DNA of 64,000 nucleotides from Lentisphaeria bacterium (GCA_003526375.1 DPDG01000084.1:369-64368), one strand, 5' to 3'; positions 48,598-58,461 are shown, counted from the stretch's first letter. Notes: a model not told the origin generated them from the sequence alone. A program made the numbers and translations.

Positions 48598-48656
48598 CCG
48601 TTCGGGAATAATATACCACGTTTTTCTCAAAAGTCAAGCAAAATTTTCCCGAACGG
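48598..48656 (-). promoter_or_regulatory. hipBA promoter bracketed by an 11-bp perfect inverted repeat (candidate HipB operator)
   Basis: On the minus strand: TTGACT (48637-32), 16 nt, TATATT (48615-10). The arms CCGTTCGGGAA (48598-608) and TTCCCGAACGG (48646-656) flank it. Confidence 0.55.
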
Positions 48657-48863
48657 GAATTTTTACTATGGCTTTACAATATGACCGGGAGTATGCGGCT
48701 CATAAGAAAAATCTTCCGGAAAAAGTGCAATAAACCGCTTGCTTACGCTCAGATGTCGGTTTCTATATAACAGCGCACCACCACCCCGCGGTATCGCCAA
48801 GCGCCCCGTCCGGAACCCGCTCGCAGACCGGGCAAAGTCTGCGGCCTTAAATCAATCCCCGAC

Positions 48864-48904
48864 TTCAAAGTGCCATTTCAAAGTGCCAAATTTGCACTTT
48901 GAAA
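48864..48904. promoter_or_regulatory. triple TTCAAAGTGC motif (2 direct + 1 inverted) upstream of the BREX-like operon
   Basis: TTCAAAGTGCCA at 48864 and 48877. TTTCAAAGTGC-caaattt-GCACTTTGAAA forms an 11-bp perfect inverted repeat (48876-48904). Confidence 0.4.
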
Positions 48905-49056
48905 GACGTGGATGAGCACAGACCTCTGGAGTTTCCCTGATATCGGGCTGCCGTTCCCGTCGCGATCCGCCACATCCGGATAATGACGCGGATGCGAATT
49001 GTAACGTATTTCGTTGATTGGCAGCCGACATTGTTGGAAAATGCCCGGTTTTTGAA

Positions 49057-49085
49057 TTGAATTTTTACGTTTGGAGCAGTATATT
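49057..49085 (+). promoter_or_regulatory. candidate sigma-70-type promoter of the BREX-like operon
   Basis: TTGAAT (49057-62), 17-nt spacer, TATATT (49080-85), about 200 nt upstream of the ATG at 49286. Confidence 0.35.
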
Positions 49086-49285
49086 ATTATGGTTTTGTGT
49101 GTCGTGTTCCCCTTTGGGGAAGATGCGCGAACCGGCAAAAATTCGGTGCTGACAATGAAATTCGTCCTCAAACAATACGATACGGAGATGATCTCCTTCG
49201 ACCTGCGGTCGGAGGGGCTGGACTGTTTTGTCTGTTTTGTCCCTGTGATTCTGCAACGCATCAGGAAGTCGAGCGCGGATGGAAA

Positions 49286-51871
49286 ATGAGCACATTCGGA
49301 ATAAAATGTCCTGGCTGCGAAATTCTCCTGGAAGCCGATGAAAACGATATCGGAGCCAAAGTCGAATGTACTGAATGCGGTCGACCTTTTATTCTCGCGC
49401 GGAATCCAGATCCCTCTTCGGCTGAGACCGCCAACGATACTGTGACTTTTACCTTCGATGCCTTCCCGAAAGATCTGGACTACAACCAGCCGTTGTTCCT
49501 GACAATGCCCAATGGCACTTTCCCGGTGGAAAGCTGGAGCAATGTGCTTGAAAAGTGTTTTTCCTATGCGTTTGCGAATAATGCCGCGAAAGTGGGAGAA
49601 TTGGTGGACATCAAAACTCCATTTCGCAAGGCAGTCCTCATTTCTCGGCACCCCGAACGGCTGCGAAGGGTAAAGGAATTGGGCGGTGATCTTTATATGG
49701 AAACTAATCTCAGCGCCCATGGGATCGTTAAAAGTGTCTGCGGACTCATGGCTTACTGTGGATTCCCGGTGAAGGCGATTTCGGTAACCTACCGGGTCAA
49801 GTCTTCCGAGCCGCCCGCTCCGGAAAGCAAAGTCGATGCGCCCGTATCGAGTTCCGAATTCAGCAAACCGCTGGATTTTTCCACGTTTACGACCGGGATC
49901 ACGATCCCCGTCAGGGTGCATGAAGCATTTTTGAAGCACTTGTCGGTTAAATTGGAACGGGGAAAGTCTCATCCCGTGACGATCATGGTCGGGGACAGCA
50001 GTTTTCAGGTCTCGATCAACAACATCGGTTTCTCCGACCCGAACCGGAAACAAGTCCTAGCGTTTCTGTGGCGGAAGAATTCTCCGCTTGCCAAGAGCTT
50101 TCAGGCAACTTTCACTGCGGCGTATCAGCAGCTGATGGAAGATCACGCCAATCGGACTGGGATCGACACGGCTCTGACCGTTTCCTGCGGTGAACAGCCA
50201 GATGTTTTCAAAATTGCCATGGATACGCCGTTGGTCGAAAGCAAAAAGCCAGACGCGCCCGTTCAAGCCGAAACGGTCGCCCCGATCTCGCTGGAAGCAA
50301 CTTCCCAGGATGGCATCCATGGAGTTCGTATTCAAGAAAATTGGATTCGGTTCGACTTCACAAATGCACCGTCATTTGAAAGGACTGTACCCGCATATTG
50401 CTGTATCGACGGGAATGTGTTCGAAGGAAGAAACTGGGTAAGGATACTTGTGGCGCTCGTGGAATTCGAACTTGCCAAAGGGAATCCGGCATTGGAGGAT
50501 CTTTATGAGAAATCTCTGTATGGCAAGAAAACAATACGGCCATTTTTGATGAAAAGCAGAATCGAGGGGAGTCGCAATTGTTCAGAACTTTCAAACGGAT
50601 ACTGGATTAATGTCGGATGGTCTATTCCGTTTTTAATGCAATTCATACAAGCTTTTCTCCTGCATTGTGGCTATGATGAGAAACAGGTCGTGATATACGG
50701 TGTGCCTAAAGCGAACAATTCTGCAACGCACGAAAGTTCTCAGACGAAGAAGACTGAAGTACATGGGGTTGACATGGAAAAAGCTGAGACCTTTTTGAAA
50801 ACGGCTGGATTGCGAGGGGCTACTGTGCAGGAATTGATCGATGCGATCCAGCCCAGTGCCGTATTCTGGTCAACAAAAAACCTGCTGGATGAAAACTTGA
50901 ATGTCATCGCCATGCCCGATAATCGCTATGTGCACGCCGACTGTTTTGTCGATCTGGATGAAGCAGAAGATGTTTTTGGGAAAATCCTCAGCTCCCATTT
51001 TGCGCGATTTGACGGATACAGCAACAATCAGCTTCTTTTTGGCGCGGCTTTACAAGAACTTTCAATGTTCCTGAATGATAATGACTGCGAAAACATTAAT
51101 GTGGTATATGCCATTGCCCGGTACCTGTTTGAGAAGAAGGCAGCAGGTAAAAAATATAAATTCGCTCCACCACACATCTTTGAGACCGAACCGGATTATC
51201 CACTGAACCTTAAGGGCCTGATGATCCGCCTTGCGAGAAGCAACGGAGGTATCCTCCATGAGGTTGATGCAAAACATTATCTTCAAAAGACCATGCTTAC
51301 CTATGGGAGTATAGGGCAACTGCTGCAGGTTGGAAACGATAAGATGTTCCTGATGTATGACCGTGACAGGTATTTGTTGAGCGAAGTTATTGGAATTGAC
51401 GATGCATGGTGCCGCCAGATGCATGATCGGGTGGATGACTTATTCCGCAAGGCCGATGTGGCGTATGTGATCCCGAGGGATATCAGTGAGGCATGGCTCA
51501 CCACCTTGCCGGTTTTGCCGCTGGGACTCGCATGGACACATCTTCTGCTTCAGGAAATACTTGATAAGTACCCCGCCATCGGATTCAAGTCGATTTCAGC
51601 CGGTCTGAATCAGGCGTATCATACATTGGCAGCAGCTTTTGTTTCAATTGATTCTCCTCTGCAGACTTTCCCGGATGTGGTAACGCTTTTCATGGAGGAA
51701 CACCATAAATTGCCTACACGCATGTCCGGCGAGGAGTTGCGGATCGAATTAAGGGACAAAGGAATGCTGGAAGCCGGTGAAATGATCTATTCGATTCACA
51801 AGGCGCTGAATGACTATCGTTTCGCATGGACGGATGAAAATAAAACAGTGCTGATTCGCGGGAATAAATAA
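49286..51871 (+). CDS. 861-aa protein with an N-terminal MJ0042-type zinc ribbon, otherwise unknown
   Basis: The ATG at 49286 gives MSTFGIKCPGCEILLEADENDIGAKVECTECGRPFIL (CxxC...CxxC). The track start 49097 adds 63 unlikely residues. It is the first gene of the operon. Confidence 0.7.
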   Translation: MSTFGIKCPGCEILLEADENDIGAKVECTECGRPFILARNPDPSSAETANDTVTFTFDAFPKDLDYNQPLFLTMPNGTFPVESWSNVLEKCFSYAFANNAAKVGELVDIKTPFRKAVLISRHPERLRRVKELGGDLYMETNLSAHGIVKSVCGLMAYCGFPVKAISVTYRVKSSEPPAPESKVDAPVSSSEFSKPLDFSTFTTGITIPVRVHEAFLKHLSVKLERGKSHPVTIMVGDSSFQVSINNIGFSDPNRKQVLAFLWRKNSPLAKSFQATFTAAYQQLMEDHANRTGIDTALTVSCGEQPDVFKIAMDTPLVESKKPDAPVQAETVAPISLEATSQDGIHGVRIQENWIRFDFTNAPSFERTVPAYCCIDGNVFEGRNWVRILVALVEFELAKGNPALEDLYEKSLYGKKTIRPFLMKSRIEGSRNCSELSNGYWINVGWSIPFLMQFIQAFLLHCGYDEKQVVIYGVPKANNSATHESSQTKKTEVHGVDMEKAETFLKTAGLRGATVQELIDAIQPSAVFWSTKNLLDENLNVIAMPDNRYVHADCFVDLDEAEDVFGKILSSHFARFDGYSNNQLLFGAALQELSMFLNDNDCENINVVYAIARYLFEKKAAGKKYKFAPPHIFETEPDYPLNLKGLMIRLARSNGGILHEVDAKHYLQKTMLTYGSIGQLLQVGNDKMFLMYDRDRYLLSEVIGIDDAWCRQMHDRVDDLFRKADVAYVIPRDISEAWLTTLPVLPLGLAWTHLLLQEILDKYPAIGFKSISAGLNQAYHTLAAAFVSIDSPLQTFPDVVTLFMEEHHKLPTRMSGEELRIELRDKGMLEAGEMIYSIHKALNDYRFAWTDENKTVLIRGNK

Positions 51872-51901
51872 GCGATAAGCCTAAGGGATAGAGAGTCAAA
51901 T

Positions 51902-54235
51902 ATGTATGGATATGAATGGACGGACAAGAACGGCATATACCGGTTGTCCGTTAACAGCAAAATTGAAAAAGAGATCCGGCCGGTTTTCAAAGATGAGCTG
52001 GATTATTTCGGCTTCAATGAACACTGGTCATACCCGAATACCAAGGCTCCGCTGCTTTGGGCAGAAGGAATCCGCCGCTATGTAATGAACGGTGTCTGTG
52101 TAGCGGAAGCTGTCGGCGGCGGATTTTACACCAAACCGGAAATAAAAATCTATCAGAACGGTCTGAAGCTGAAACCGATAAATGTCGGTGCACTTTGGAA
52201 AGCAAATGAGCGGCTGATGCTGGGCCTCGAAAAAACGGCAATGGATTTTATCCGCAACACTTATGATACATATGAAAAAGCGAGCATGGCTTTTGCTGTT
52301 GCCTTCAGTGGAGGGAAAGATTCTCTGGTTCTCCTTGATCTTGTATCCAGAGCACTTTCTCCGGACAAATTCTCCGTCGTGTTCAGTAACACCGGCATGG
52401 AACTTTCCACGACCATTCAGACAGTAGAAAAAGCGAAGAAGCATTGGGCATCACTGAAGTTTTATGAAGCAAGAAGTCATCTTAATCCCGCTGACAGCTG
52501 GCGAGAATTTGGCCCTCCGGGACGCCGAATGCGCTGGTGTTGCGCTGTCCACAAGTCTGTTCCGACCATTCTGCTTCTCCGGAGAATAACCGGAGATTAC
52601 ACCGTAAAAGCTGTTGTTTTTGACGGTGTCAGGGCAGAAGAAAGTGCGGCAAGAGCCGAGCGTGATGAAATCAGTGTCGGCGCGAAAAATATAAACCAAA
52701 TTAACTGTAGCCCAATACTGAAATGGAATTCATCTGAGTTATTTTTGTATCTTCTGAACTATGGAATTTTGTTAAATGATGCGTATCGTGTAGGCTTTAA
52801 TCGTGTAGGCTGCACAATTTGTCCTCTATCATCAGGATGGCGGGATAGTATTAGCAATCATGTTTACCCCGCCGAAATATCCCCATTGCTGAGCCAAGTA
52901 GAAAAATATACTGATGGTATTGGTATTAAGTCTTCTCAAAGAAAAAACTACATTGAGCAAAATGGTTGGCGCACTCGAATGGGCGGTCGCGGTCTTCCGA
53001 ATGGGGGCAACCGGTTTGAAGAAATAATAGCAAATGATCGAATTACGTTTAATTTTTTGCGAAAGACTCAAAATTGGCTTGATGTGTGCCCGATCCTTGG
53101 TCCCATAGTATATCATGAAGGGGATACGTTTACTCAGCTGATTGACAGGCAACAATTTCTCTTCCAGGTAAATAATAAATCTGTTTCTTATTGGCCTTAC
53201 TCAAAAATGGATAGGTTTATACTCAGCCATTTACGAGGTGTTGCCAATAAAACTGCTTATTGCTTTGGATGCAAAGCATGTGAGGTTGAATGTCCTGTTA
53301 ATGCATTTGCGATCACAGAAGAAAACAAAATCTATATAAGAGAAGAAAAGTGTATTCACTGTAGTAATTGCATTGAATTCACAAACGGGAAAGGTTGTTT
53401 AGCCGCAAAATCACTTTCCGTAACAAGAGGAGCAAACGGCATGGATTTAAAAGGAATGAATCGTTATCAGACCTTTGGTCTGCGGCGTCCGTGGCTTGAA
53501 CATTTTTTTGCAAACAGAGAAAATTGTTTTACCATGGGGGTATTGGGTAATCGTCAGTATGATTCACTGAAAGTATGGCTTCGCGAAGGTGGTCTCCTGA
53601 CCGCATCCAGCAAAGGTGAAAAATCAGGGATTCCGACTCCGCTTTTTGACAAGATCCAATCCCTCGGAGCCGGCAATCCTTTGACCTGGGCGATTATTTG
53701 GACCAATCTTGCATGCAACTCCATCATTGTAAAGTGGTACATGTTGAATGCCGCCGCAGGGGAAGTTTATGAGAAGAACGACCTGATTTTTCTGCTCGGT
53801 GATGATTATTCCCTGTCCACCCGTGATAATGCCGTGACTGCTCTGCTTGAGACGTTTCGCCATAGTCCCATAGGAACTGTTTTGAAGCAGGGTATTCCCA
53901 TTCCCAGCGGCAGCAGCTATAAGTTCTCAAAGCAGGGCTGGAACACTCCGGATGCAGTCGCTGTTCTTTATGCTTTGTACATGTGGGCTGAAGCCACGGG
54001 GCGCTATACCTTTACGCTGAGTCAGATGGCCGCAGCCAGAGGCAATGCGGATGTCAAGGGTGTCGACCCGGTTTCCATCTTCGGTATCGCTCCGGATCGG
54101 TTTAAGGATATTCTTCAGGATATCGCCCTGCAGTTTGACAAATACATCCGCACAACTTTTGTGGCGGATCTGGATAATGTTCAGCTTTTCCCGGAATACA
54201 AATCCATCGACATCTTGGATTTGATCGCGAAGTAA
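51902..54235 (+). CDS. brxP: BrxP-like PAPS-reductase-family PP-loop protein with an embedded 2x[4Fe-4S] ferredoxin-type module
   Basis: PP-loop FSGGKDS (52307-52324). RRMRWCCAVHK. CFGCKACEVECP and CIHCSNCIEF...GC (about 53261-53400). 777 aa. Confidence 0.8.
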   Translation: MYGYEWTDKNGIYRLSVNSKIEKEIRPVFKDELDYFGFNEHWSYPNTKAPLLWAEGIRRYVMNGVCVAEAVGGGFYTKPEIKIYQNGLKLKPINVGALWKANERLMLGLEKTAMDFIRNTYDTYEKASMAFAVAFSGGKDSLVLLDLVSRALSPDKFSVVFSNTGMELSTTIQTVEKAKKHWASLKFYEARSHLNPADSWREFGPPGRRMRWCCAVHKSVPTILLLRRITGDYTVKAVVFDGVRAEESAARAERDEISVGAKNINQINCSPILKWNSSELFLYLLNYGILLNDAYRVGFNRVGCTICPLSSGWRDSISNHVYPAEISPLLSQVEKYTDGIGIKSSQRKNYIEQNGWRTRMGGRGLPNGGNRFEEIIANDRITFNFLRKTQNWLDVCPILGPIVYHEGDTFTQLIDRQQFLFQVNNKSVSYWPYSKMDRFILSHLRGVANKTAYCFGCKACEVECPVNAFAITEENKIYIREEKCIHCSNCIEFTNGKGCLAAKSLSVTRGANGMDLKGMNRYQTFGLRRPWLEHFFANRENCFTMGVLGNRQYDSLKVWLREGGLLTASSKGEKSGIPTPLFDKIQSLGAGNPLTWAIIWTNLACNSIIVKWYMLNAAAGEVYEKNDLIFLLGDDYSLSTRDNAVTALLETFRHSPIGTVLKQGIPIPSGSSYKFSKQGWNTPDAVAVLYALYMWAEATGRYTFTLSQMAAARGNADVKGVDPVSIFGIAPDRFKDILQDIALQFDKYIRTTFVADLDNVQLFPEYKSIDILDLIAK

Positions 54236-54247
54236 GGAGACCGTGTT

Positions 54248-57200
54248 ATGGCGAAGTACAACACCTACATTGAATTAAGCCCCCATTATGAATCTGTGGT
54301 GGATATTGATTCCGAATCCCGATATCCCGACATGTGGCAGGATTACATCGTCCATGAGGACATGCAGAAAGCCGTAGAATGTATCTGTGATTCTTTGCGA
54401 TATGAAGATAAGGATAAGCGGCGTTCCTTTTGGATCCACGGTACTTACGGGACCGGCAAAAGTTACGCAGCCATCGTGCTGAAGCATCTTTTTGAGGATA
54501 GCATCCCCAATATCCATAAATTTCTGTCAAAACAAATGCTGATCCCATACAGGGAGCGTTTCCTTTCAATTCGTGAGAAAGGTGATTTTCTGGTGATCTG
54601 GAAGAGCCAGGCAACAGATATTCGTAACGGCACTCAGCTCATGATGACAATGGAGCATGCTATTCGTAAAAAATTGAAGGAAAAATACGGAGAAAAAGCG
54701 TATTTCGGCAAGAATTCTCTGATTGCGGCGGCCCGGGATGCCGTAGAGGATTCCGACATCAATTGGGATGAGCTTTTTTCAAATCCGACCTATGCGCTTT
54801 CTGAAGAATACAGCTCGTTTAGGGAATTTCACGATGAGGTTTTGAATGGGAATCTGAAGGCCGCAAATATCGTGGCTCGCATCTATCGCGATAAGGGCTG
54901 GGGGTTCTTTACTTCACTGCAAATGTTTAAGGACTGGGTCGCAGATGTAATCGAAGGCAACCATCTTCAGGACACCGGCATTATCTTTATTTGGGACGAA
55001 TTTACCTCTTATCTTCGAAATAATTCTACAGATGATGTATTGCAGCCACTTTCGGAATTTTGTAAAGAGCAGCCTTTCTTTATGTTTCTTATCGTTCATA
55101 AAGCAGTAAGCTGGTTAAGTCAAATCGGCGAGGAGGTTTATGAGCAAATCATTCATCGTTACCACTCGCTTAATTTCCATGTCAGTGAGAGCGCGGCCTA
55201 TGAGTTGATCGGCAGTTCTATTTTGACTCGTGCCGGAATGGAGGAGCAGTGGAATGCGGAGCGGGACAAACTGATGAAGTCGATCAGTAAAAATTTTGCT
55301 GACTTCGACAACTTGGACATAAGTAGTAAGAAAGAGCGGCTCCGTCAACTTTGTCCTCTGCATCCGATGACGCTTTCGCTGCTGGCCATCGTGGCTCAAA
55401 ATTTCGGAGCGTCCCAGCGTACGCTGTTCCGTTTTATGAAAGACCCGAAAGGTGCCGAACAAAATGTGGGGTTCATCTATTACATAAACCACTTTGGCCC
55501 GGATGACTGGCGTTGGCTGACGCCGGATTTCTTGTGGGATTACTTCTTTACCAAAGAAAGTGATTTGCGCAGTTTTTCTCCAGAAGCAAAAAGTGCTTAT
55601 CAGCATTACATAACCAAGCGGGAATTCATTTCTGACGAATATCATTTGCATGTGTTTAAGGCCGCCATGCTTCTGCTTGCCGTCATGTCTTCGGGGAACG
55701 TCAGCAACCTTTATAGTCAGGCCACAACGCAACGTAAGGTTCCCTCGACCAGCAACACGCTTTATAAGTGCTTTGCCGGCCAGTTGAACAAAGAAGATGT
55801 GGAGATGTATCTTTCCGATCTTGAGCAGATTGGTCTCATACGTCTTGATGCCATGTCCAATGGCGACAAACGGCTCCAAATCCCCTACAGCGGAAATACT
55901 GATGTGTTTGATGTCCGCAAGGGTATGCTGATGAAGAGGTATTCCCGTTACGAACTCTTTAAGAAAAACGGTATTTTTGCCAAGTCGATGGAAGCGAAGA
56001 TTTGGGATAAGACCAATGCGTCCTACGGCAGGATGTACATTGCGGCCTGTGATGCAGGTACGAATTCGACCAATTTGAGGTTTAATGAGATTCAGGATGA
56101 GCTTAAAAAGTATCCTTATAAATTCGGAATCCTTGTAATCACGATCTCAGAATCGAGTCAGTTCGCTGCGATGCAGGACAAGGTTAAAGCTCTTGCCGGG
56201 CAGGACACAACGGGACGCATGGCGGTCTATTTAATGAAATCTCCGCTCACAGACGATCATTTGGACCGTTGGTACAATGCCATGACACATTCCGAGCTTG
56301 CCGCAGAGGAAGGCAAGAGCGGTGATTCCGAGCGATATAAGGATGAGGCGAGTACGATTATTGAAGAATGGTCCGGCTCCGCTAAGGACGATCAGCTGAT
56401 GGTAGTTTGTGGTGACAAGGTCTACCCATCGGAATACGGCACAGATTTCTTTGCTCCGAAGTTGGAGAAAGATATTTTGTTTGGCTCCATATTTACAGCC
56501 GCGCCCGAATTGATTGTAACAACCAATACGGCTTTTAAGAAAAACCAGCAGAGTACAGCCTTGGCAGGCATACAAAAGAAGGTGCCTAATACGCAGGTTG
56601 GAAATATTGTCAACGGTTTGAAAACGGCTGGAGTGTGGGAAACGGATGGGCTTGAGAAGCTTGCCCAAAGTTCCGGCAATAATGGCGCTGTTGCCATTGC
56701 AAAAATTGCAAGCTTTATTTTACAGCGTTTTTCGCAAGGGATGCAAATTAAGCTGGATGATTTTGTGCAAGAACTGCACGGAGCTCCTTTCGGCTACTAC
56801 GATAACATGACTTGCGGCTATATTCTCGGTTTTCTGCTCAGATACTATGTCAACAGTGAGTTCAGTTGGAATAAAGGAGACAATAATCCCTGGCCACTGA
56901 ATGAACAAACTCTTGCCACCATGATTACGGCCATTTGTAAGGAGGATGTCGTCAATAATTATCTTTCTCCCGGTACTGAAATTTGGCAGAAATTCAAGCC
57001 CTATGTGCAAAAGGTTTTTAAACTTCAGGACGGTGAAGCGGTCAATGAAACTGAAGCCCGCAAATATATGTCCAAACAATGTACGGAAAAAGCTGGTGTT
57101 CCATTCTGGGTTCTCAAGTTTGTGACAGAAGAAAAATTCGGAGGAGCGGCAACAAAACAAGTCGCGAACGATATTATTGATCTCTTCTGCGACTTCATGA

Positions 57201-58444
57201 ACGAGAACGGTGATCAGGAGCAGGTGATGAGCAGTATCACGGTGAAGTTTACTGGCCGGGGCTCGTTGCGAAAAGTCCTGACCGATCTTTATTTTGACCA
57301 AAATACAGTTTATGATGCATTCAGTTCCTTCATTTCTCAGCGGTGCCAACAATTGCAGGCGTTGCGAGAGAACATTGGTTTGACCAGTCATGATCTCTTC
57401 GATGCTATCCATCAGATGATGCAAGGTCAGGTTTCCACATGGACTGAGGATCAAGTCGGAGAAAAGCTTGCAGAACTCTGCGTCGAATATCGTGCGGTTT
57501 CAATTCTGAATGGTGCTCTCAATCTGAAACGAAAGAGCATTAAGGCCTTGAGCAATGATATTGAGAATGCCTTGGGAAATATGAAGATACCTGGGACCGT
57601 GATCGAAAAGCTGGATTACGCATGGCTTCCGGCGCTAAGGGCCATGTTACAGATAATTGCCTCACAATGGTCCAAGATTGAATTGGCCGACCGTGAAGCT
57701 TATGTGCAACTTCTGAGCAATGATGCGCAAACAGTATGGAGTAACATTACCTCGTCCAAAACAGTTCTTCAGCGTTACATGGAGAAGCATGATTACAACT
57801 GTAGTGAGGACGAACTGGATGGTATTTATGCCGCGCTGAAACCGGTTAGTTACAACTCCCCCGCCTCTGACTTTGATGCCAGAATTGATACGCAACTTAA
57901 GAAGATCGCATATAACCGTAACAAAGTGCGAATACAGAAACTTTGGGAATCTCAGAGCGGGTTTGAGTCTGTTGCGAAATGGTGTGATAATTTTGCTGTA
58001 CCGATCCAATGGGTCGTAGAAGATGAATTACTGCCGCATATCACCGTTTTGAAAACGGTGCAGGATGGCCGACTCTCAGACAGTATTGCGCTTCATAACG
58101 CAACGCAGTATTTCGAGAACCATACTGTCAGTGTGCTGAAAGACAAGGCATTCATAAAGACCCGCTTCATTGCACAAATCGGCGAAAGCTATCGTGCCGC
58201 ATTTGAGGCATCCGAAACAGTGCTGGTTTCTCGTCTGAAGACAAATGCAAAGTTGTCCTCGGACGTTTATCTATGGGCAAACAAGGTCGCGGAAATCCGC
58301 AAGATCATTGACGCATTCCTGCTGGATAAATATTGCGGAGAAGCAAAAAAGAAAGTTAAGACCATGCCTGAAGCCAAGTTGCGTGAAAGGGTCGTTAAGC
58401 TACTGGAAGAGAATCCTGATCTTTATACCCTGTTTATGAGTTGA
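54248..58444 (+). CDS. brxC: BrxC/PglY-like large P-loop ATPase
   Basis: AAGGAGA RBS. Walker A GTYGTGKS (54440-54463) about 65 aa from the N-terminus. 1398 aa. It sits between brxP and pglZ. Confidence 0.75.
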   Translation: MAKYNTYIELSPHYESVVDIDSESRYPDMWQDYIVHEDMQKAVECICDSLRYEDKDKRRSFWIHGTYGTGKSYAAIVLKHLFEDSIPNIHKFLSKQMLIPYRERFLSIREKGDFLVIWKSQATDIRNGTQLMMTMEHAIRKKLKEKYGEKAYFGKNSLIAAARDAVEDSDINWDELFSNPTYALSEEYSSFREFHDEVLNGNLKAANIVARIYRDKGWGFFTSLQMFKDWVADVIEGNHLQDTGIIFIWDEFTSYLRNNSTDDVLQPLSEFCKEQPFFMFLIVHKAVSWLSQIGEEVYEQIIHRYHSLNFHVSESAAYELIGSSILTRAGMEEQWNAERDKLMKSISKNFADFDNLDISSKKERLRQLCPLHPMTLSLLAIVAQNFGASQRTLFRFMKDPKGAEQNVGFIYYINHFGPDDWRWLTPDFLWDYFFTKESDLRSFSPEAKSAYQHYITKREFISDEYHLHVFKAAMLLLAVMSSGNVSNLYSQATTQRKVPSTSNTLYKCFAGQLNKEDVEMYLSDLEQIGLIRLDAMSNGDKRLQIPYSGNTDVFDVRKGMLMKRYSRYELFKKNGIFAKSMEAKIWDKTNASYGRMYIAACDAGTNSTNLRFNEIQDELKKYPYKFGILVITISESSQFAAMQDKVKALAGQDTTGRMAVYLMKSPLTDDHLDRWYNAMTHSELAAEEGKSGDSERYKDEASTIIEEWSGSAKDDQLMVVCGDKVYPSEYGTDFFAPKLEKDILFGSIFTAAPELIVTTNTAFKKNQQSTALAGIQKKVPNTQVGNIVNGLKTAGVWETDGLEKLAQSSGNNGAVAIAKIASFILQRFSQGMQIKLDDFVQELHGAPFGYYDNMTCGYILGFLLRYYVNSEFSWNKGDNNPWPLNEQTLATMITAICKEDVVNNYLSPGTEIWQKFKPYVQKVFKLQDGEAVNETEARKYMSKQCTEKAGVPFWVLKFVTEEKFGGAATKQVANDIIDLFCDFMNENGDQEQVMSSITVKFTGRGSLRKVLTDLYFDQNTVYDAFSSFISQRCQQLQALRENIGLTSHDLFDAIHQMMQGQVSTWTEDQVGEKLAELCVEYRAVSILNGALNLKRKSIKALSNDIENALGNMKIPGTVIEKLDYAWLPALRAMLQIIASQWSKIELADREAYVQLLSNDAQTVWSNITSSKTVLQRYMEKHDYNCSEDELDGIYAALKPVSYNSPASDFDARIDTQLKKIAYNRNKVRIQKLWESQSGFESVAKWCDNFAVPIQWVVEDELLPHITVLKTVQDGRLSDSIALHNATQYFENHTVSVLKDKAFIKTRFIAQIGESYRAAFEASETVLVSRLKTNAKLSSDVYLWANKVAEIRKIIDAFLLDKYCGEAKKKVKTMPEAKLRERVVKLLEENPDLYTLFMS

Positions 58445-58461
58445 CGAAGGAGGGGAGAGCC

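Noticed and set aside
49097-49285. N-terminal 63 codons of track ORF 49097..51871, and the 5' part of ORF 49071..49289
   Set aside because: The extension is Cys/Arg/Gly-rich noise with no RBS. The ATG at 49286 begins a clean zinc-ribbon domain. Only the 49155..49289 segment is retained as a speculative uORF.
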